The notes under the pieces were generated by a model. The model saw only the letters and a program-made list of their open reading frames with translations, made no database searches and was not told where the DNA came from. Position numbers and translations under genes: made by a program. 39,460 bases of DNA from a virus. The stretch's first letter is position 1; each line of letters begins with the position of its first letter. Shown in pieces: positions 36,281 to 39,460 of this stretch. The stretch lies in UHGV virus genome UHGV-0212541. One strand, 5' to 3'.

Positions 36281-37012
36281 TCACTTCTCTTTTGTTTCTT
36301 CTCTGTACTGATCTTCAAGCCAATTAACGCCTCGTTTTAGAATGCCCAAGTCTCTCTTGGTCCATTTACTGTCATCAGCGGTTATAGAAGCTACATCAGT
36401 CAATGCAACAATTGCTTCATCAATTGATTTTTCGTACTTGTTAGCAATCAGTTGTAAAGCATCCAAGAATAGCTTTTTGCTTCTTTCGCTAGCTGGTTCA
36501 AGCATCGAGACGTCTTCTGGCATATCTTCGCCAGCAAAGATATATAGCCCTAGCCCAAACATCGCTAGATTTTTTACAAGACAGCGCATGATCGTTTTGT
36601 TGATATCAAACATAGTTGCTGCTTCACACGTACGATCAATATAGTTTCCTGTCCAATTTTTATCTTTATATTCTTTGACTTTGTATGTGTATGGTTCATC
36701 TTTCATCGCCTTATTCGAACTATCCATGACAGGTAACCACATTTCACGTTTGATACCATTAACTGTGATATTGGTAAAAACCATGTAACCTGTTTTCTTA
36801 TCAAAGATATAAGGCAGATGTGTTTCTGGATCATGATAGATTTCATAATCTACTGCCTCACACACTTTGCTAACTTCTGCCCAAGCCCATGCCCACGAAA
36901 GATAAGTGAGGTTATTTCGTTTCTCAGTAACACCTTTCACATTTATTTTGTATAAGCTATTAAAAAGCGTATTATCACTTCTATTTTTCAAAGGTTGTTC
37001 CTTTTCACTCAT
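36281..37012 (-). CDS. Rad52-like single-strand annealing protein (Sak-like)
   Basis: LTYLSWAWAWAEV region reminiscent of phage Sak/Rad52-family proteins; position in the replication/recombination module; start at MSEKEQ. Confidence 0.55.
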   Translation of the reverse strand: MSEKEQPLKNRSDNTLFNSLYKINVKGVTEKRNNLTYLSWAWAWAEVSKVCEAVDYEIYHDPETHLPYIFDKKTGYMVFTNITVNGIKREMWLPVMDSSNKAMKDEPYTYKVKEYKDKNWTGNYIDRTCEAATMFDINKTIMRCLVKNLAMFGLGLYIFAGEDMPEDVSMLEPASERSKKLFLDALQLIANKYEKSIDEAIVALTDVASITADDSKWTKRDLGILKRGVNWLEDQYREETKEK

Positions 37013-37346
37013 CAAATTCTGCCTCCAACTCTGCAATGAATTTTTTGCCTGGTCCGTAATAAGAGATATCAATCAAGTTATCCCTTTCGTACTCTTCTAG
37101 CGCATCAATCAAGCCATCTTCGATGACATAGATGTATTCAGGTTTTCTGGACTGCTTCGATAAATGGATAAGATAGACATGATCCCAAATACTCACAAAA
37201 TTTCCCAAATCGTCTTGATCACATGCTAGTTCTTCATTCGTCAAAAGATTTCGTCTGATTTTTCGATTATTTGTTTCCTTGATATTCGATTTGCCCAAAC
37301 TAGGATCAGCCAAATATTGATCTAGAGTGGAAAGTTCATTTTCCAT
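37005..37346 (-). CDS. hypothetical acidic early protein, 113 aa
   Basis: ORF chain. Confidence 0.45.
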   Translation of the reverse strand: MENELSTLDQYLADPSLGKSNIKETNNRKIRRNLLTNEELACDQDDLGNFVSIWDHVYLIHLSKQSRKPEYIYVIEDGLIDALEEYERDNLIDISYYGPGKKFIAELEAEFDE

Positions 37347-37405
37347 ATGTTAAAATCTCCTTAGTTATGATTTTTTTGAGTGACTCATTGCTTTGGTCGG
37401 CTGAG

Positions 37406-37534
37406 TCACTTTTTTATTTGTTGCCATGCTTTTTGCTTTTCGATATGTTGCTTGCTTAAAATAATAGGGCGGTTATTGGTCCACCAATTATCAGCAATCA
37501 CTTTACCGATTTTTAGCGCTTCTTCTCGTGCCAT
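37406..37534 (-). CDS. possible 42-aa ORF (MAREEALK...)
   Basis: ATG with AAAGGAG RBS; tiny. Confidence 0.3.
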   Translation of the reverse strand: MAREEALKIGKVIADNWWTNNRPIILSKQHIEKQKAWQQIKK

Positions 37535-37676
37535 AGTTGCTCCTTTCTTTTGAATCAAGCAGATTGATTAAAACCATCAATGCTGCGAACAAACTTCCCC
37601 CGATAATACTTTGGTGTGCTACTATCACTAATAGCCCTAGGATGAATCCTATAAAAAGTGTGTCTGTCTTCTTCAT
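37503..37676 (-). CDS. possible 57-aa membrane peptide (MKKTDTLFIGFILGLLVIVA...)
   Basis: ATGA-coupled to the upstream ORF; one TM segment. Confidence 0.35.
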   Translation of the reverse strand: MKKTDTLFIGFILGLLVIVAHQSIIGGSLFAALMVLINLLDSKERSNYGTRRSAKNR

Positions 37677-37861
37677 AATCTGATCTCCCTATTTTTTATT
37701 TCTAGCATTCTCAAATCCTCAAGTTCAGAAGCAATTAGTTCAGCTTGTCTATCTGATAGCTCATCGGCTTTTCTAAGCGCGGCACGATCATCTTGTAATT
37801 GTTTCCTGCGTTGTTTAATCAAACCGAGAATTTGATGTTCTTGTTGCAATGTGTAGGACAT
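37673..37861 (-). CDS. hypothetical coiled-coil protein, 62 aa
   Basis: ORF chain. Confidence 0.4.
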   Translation of the reverse strand: MSYTLQQEHQILGLIKQRRKQLQDDRAALRKADELSDRQAELIASELEDLRMLEIKNREIRL

Positions 37862-37881
37862 AAAATCATTCTCCTTTGCCT

Positions 37882-38166
37882 TTAGAACTCAAAGTTTTCT
37901 TTCAAAAATCTTTGGAGTTCCGATCGTTCAATTCTGATGTCTAACTTGCTCCACTGCTGTGTTTTTAAGCCTAGGTTTATCCAATGTGTTAATTTGTCAT
38001 CACCAATTCCTAAAACTTTTCTTACCTCTGATTTGTTTGGATATGGAGGCAGCTCTACTGATTTGTTCATAAGGTGTAATCGTTCGTCCAATGAATTAAG
38101 CACAGCATTCGTAATCTGTGTAGTTAATTCTGAAACTACTAAATTATCTGGAATTGTTATTTGCAT
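37882..38166 (-). CDS. HTH DNA-binding protein (excisionase-like)
   Basis: SEVRKVLGIGDDKLTHWINLGLK HTH-like segment. Confidence 0.4.
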   Translation of the reverse strand: MQITIPDNLVVSELTTQITNAVLNSLDERLHLMNKSVELPPYPNKSEVRKVLGIGDDKLTHWINLGLKTQQWSKLDIRIERSELQRFLKENFEF

Positions 38167-38356
38167 AATTTTTCTCCTTTTCTAATTCTGCTAGCACTGC
38201 CTCAATTGGCTTGATTTGTTTATCTGGCTTTCTACGTCCGTTCATAATATCCGACATGTACGCTGTTGAAATATTAATCTTTTTAGCTAACCAAGCTTGA
38301 CTCTTGTCATGCGTAGCTAACGCCACACGTACTTTTAAAATGAAGTCCTGCGACAT
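38144..38356 (-). CDS. Cro-like XRE HTH regulator, 70 aa
   Basis: QAWLAKKINISTAYMSDIMNGRRKP HTH. Confidence 0.7.
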   Translation of the reverse strand: MSQDFILKVRVALATHDKSQAWLAKKINISTAYMSDIMNGRRKPDKQIKPIEAVLAELEKEKNYANNNSR

Positions 38357-38358
38357 AA

Positions 38359-39135
38359 CTATCTCTCCTCTAATAGATCAATTTCTGGAATATATCCTTC
38401 TTTTTTTAGCAACTCATAAATGAACAAACGCCCTTTTTGAGTCCATTTTGTATTCATCACAACTTTGATTCCCCCGTCAGTTTTAGGAATCTCTGTTGTA
38501 TGAGATTTTGTATATCCTTGTCTCATATGTTTCTTACATAATAACCATTGATTGCCTACTTTTTTCTGAATACCTAGTTTATGAAGTAGTTTATTCATCT
38601 GTTGCGGAGACATCCCATAATCTGCTGCAATCTGACTAATTGTTACTGAATCTGTAGAAGATAATATGCTATCTAAATATGAGATTTTGGGTTCGTATTC
38701 TGCAATCTTTTGTTCTGCGATTAATCTTCCAGTACGTTCTTCTTTCAATTTAGTTGCTAATTGAATGATTGTATCTGGATTAAGCAAAGCTTCTTCTACT
38801 TTTTCTGGAGTTAGATAACCTCCATGTTTTCTAATTGCTGGCAACACTTCGCTAGTCACCCAACGTTTAAATTTCTTAGCATTTGGTTGTTTGCTTCCTA
38901 AAATTAAGGAGTACAAACCTGATTCGTTAATAATTGTTAACCCTCTAGGCGATTCAAAAGTACCGTTTTGGTAGTTTTGCCGATCTTCTACATCGACGTG
39001 TCTGTTAATATCTCTACTACCATTTTGGTACCCTAGAACTTTAGCCACATCTTTTCCAACAAAAAATGGTTCATCATGTATTGTTACTGTTCTTACTTCA
39101 TGTTGTTCAAAGTTAAAAATTTGCGGTGTATTCAT
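38359..39135 (-). CDS. antirepressor (Bro-N domain plus KilA-C/ANT C-terminal domain)
   Basis: N-terminal FNFEQHEVRTVTIHDEPFFVGKDVAKVLGY Bro-N pattern; first gene downstream of the early promoter. Confidence 0.8.
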   Translation of the reverse strand: MNTPQIFNFEQHEVRTVTIHDEPFFVGKDVAKVLGYQNGSRDINRHVDVEDRQNYQNGTFESPRGLTIINESGLYSLILGSKQPNAKKFKRWVTSEVLPAIRKHGGYLTPEKVEEALLNPDTIIQLATKLKEERTGRLIAEQKIAEYEPKISYLDSILSSTDSVTISQIAADYGMSPQQMNKLLHKLGIQKKVGNQWLLCKKHMRQGYTKSHTTEIPKTDGGIKVVMNTKWTQKGRLFIYELLKKEGYIPEIDLLEER

Positions 39136-39180
39136 TTTTGTTCATTCCTTTCTTTGATATAGTTCATTTAATTATTTGTA

Positions 39181-39197
39181 AGCTAATAAAATTAGCT
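39181..39197. promoter_or_regulatory. operator O1: perfect palindrome AGCTAAT-AAA-ATTAGCT
   Basis: read directly; 9 bp upstream of the -35 of the plus-strand promoter. Confidence 0.65.
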
Positions 39198-39205
39198 AAT
39201 TTTTG

Positions 39206-39234
39206 TTGACTTTTTTTAAAACTAGATTTAAAAT
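39206..39234 (+). promoter_or_regulatory. sigma70-like promoter TTGACT-17-TAAAAT pointing rightward to the repressor gene (across the window junction)
   Basis: consensus match by eye. Confidence 0.5.
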
Positions 39235-39328
39235 TAAATCACAGTTAAATAAGCACAGAATTACCTTGTAAATTAGCATTCTAAGTTTGCCGACCTCGAA
39301 TTTGTTTATTTTATAAGGTGTCTTTCTT

Positions 39329-39345
39329 ATTGCTTGTTAGCTTAT
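39329..39345. promoter_or_regulatory. operator O3: AGCTTAT-TAA-ATTAGCT (1 mismatch to O1), about 20 bp downstream of the early promoter -10
   Basis: read directly; an ATTAGC half-site also at 39263-39268. Confidence 0.55.
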
Positions 39346-39364
39346 TAAATTAGCTTACGAATAC

Positions 39365-39393
39365 AGTATATTAAAACTAGTTTTAATTGTCAA
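39365..39393 (-). promoter_or_regulatory. early lytic promoter (minus strand) TTGACA-17-TATACT
   Basis: perfect -35, 5/6 -10; drives ant/cro leftward. Confidence 0.6.
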
Positions 39394-39460
39394 GCCGAAA
39401 AAAGCATTTTTTTAGCTCTAGTTTTAATACTCTTCGTTAGCGAAACGGAGGAAACTTGAT

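Noticed and set aside
37379-37420. Hairpin GAGTGACTCA...TGAGTCACT plus T-run as a terminator within the early operon
   Set aside because: The U-run is on the plus strand, which is antisense to the early genes. It may only be an antisense-strand terminator or insulator, and it is not followed by a U-run on the coding strand. It is noted but is not called as a feature.

Overview
The window reads as a complete temperate siphovirus or excised prophage of a low-GC Firmicute, roughly 35% GC, and probably Lactobacillales or Enterococcus-like. All protein family names are from memory only; no searches were run.

The morphogenesis module resembles staphylococcal phage 80alpha. The last 14 nt of the window (GGAGG plus 9 nt) join the ATG at position 1 to form a canonical ribosome-binding site and start codon, so the window behaves as one circularly closed unit of 39,460 bp.

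Gene order, with the prophage body on the minus strand (positions are approximate to about 1 kb):
- 1-2296 (+): lysogeny module. XRE repressor, ImmA-like metallopeptidase, one small ORF, and a tyrosine integrase.
- 2297-5547: accessory region.
  - Two tandem pairs of GTATGGTCA repeats sit just after the integrase.
  - A zinc-ribbon / bacterial-PH / SHOCT protein and a 103-aa ORF follow.
  - A roughly 1-kb non-coding stretch holds a 42-nt tRNA-Thr(CGU)-like 3' segment plus terminator (a candidate attachment-site core) and a long perfect inverted repeat.
  - A self-contained two-gene moron closes the region: a 59-aa ORF overlapping a 191-aa GNAT acetyltransferase (a toxin-antitoxin-like pair).
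- 5548-7266 (-): lysis genes. Signal-peptide amidase, holin, a membrane coiled-coil protein, and an XkdX-like protein.
- 7.3-13.7 kb (-): tail fibre and baseplate genes, including a collagen-like protein, a CHAP protein, and a tail protein with lysozyme-like and NlpC/P60 domains.
- 13.7-18.9 kb (-): distal tail protein, tape measure protein, the two tail chaperones (the second in the -1 frame), and the major tail protein.
- 18.9-26.8 kb (-): head-tail connectors, major capsid protein, scaffold, minor head protein, portal, and large and small terminase subunits.
- 26.8-28.6 kb (-): a small ORF, a GC-rich structured non-coding island, an oppositely oriented DUF1508 gene with its own promoter, a late-leader gene, a candidate late promoter, and an ArpU-like late regulator.
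- 28.7-39.1 kb (-): the early operon. It contains many small ORFs, DUF1642, YopX, a lipoprotein, DUF1064, a DnaC-like loader, a replisome organizer, a Rad52-like annealing protein, an excisionase-like HTH, a Cro-like protein, and an antirepressor.
- 39136-39460: the genetic switch, with palindromic operators and two face-to-face sigma70-like promoters.

No CRISPR array, complete tRNA, rRNA or transposase was seen.
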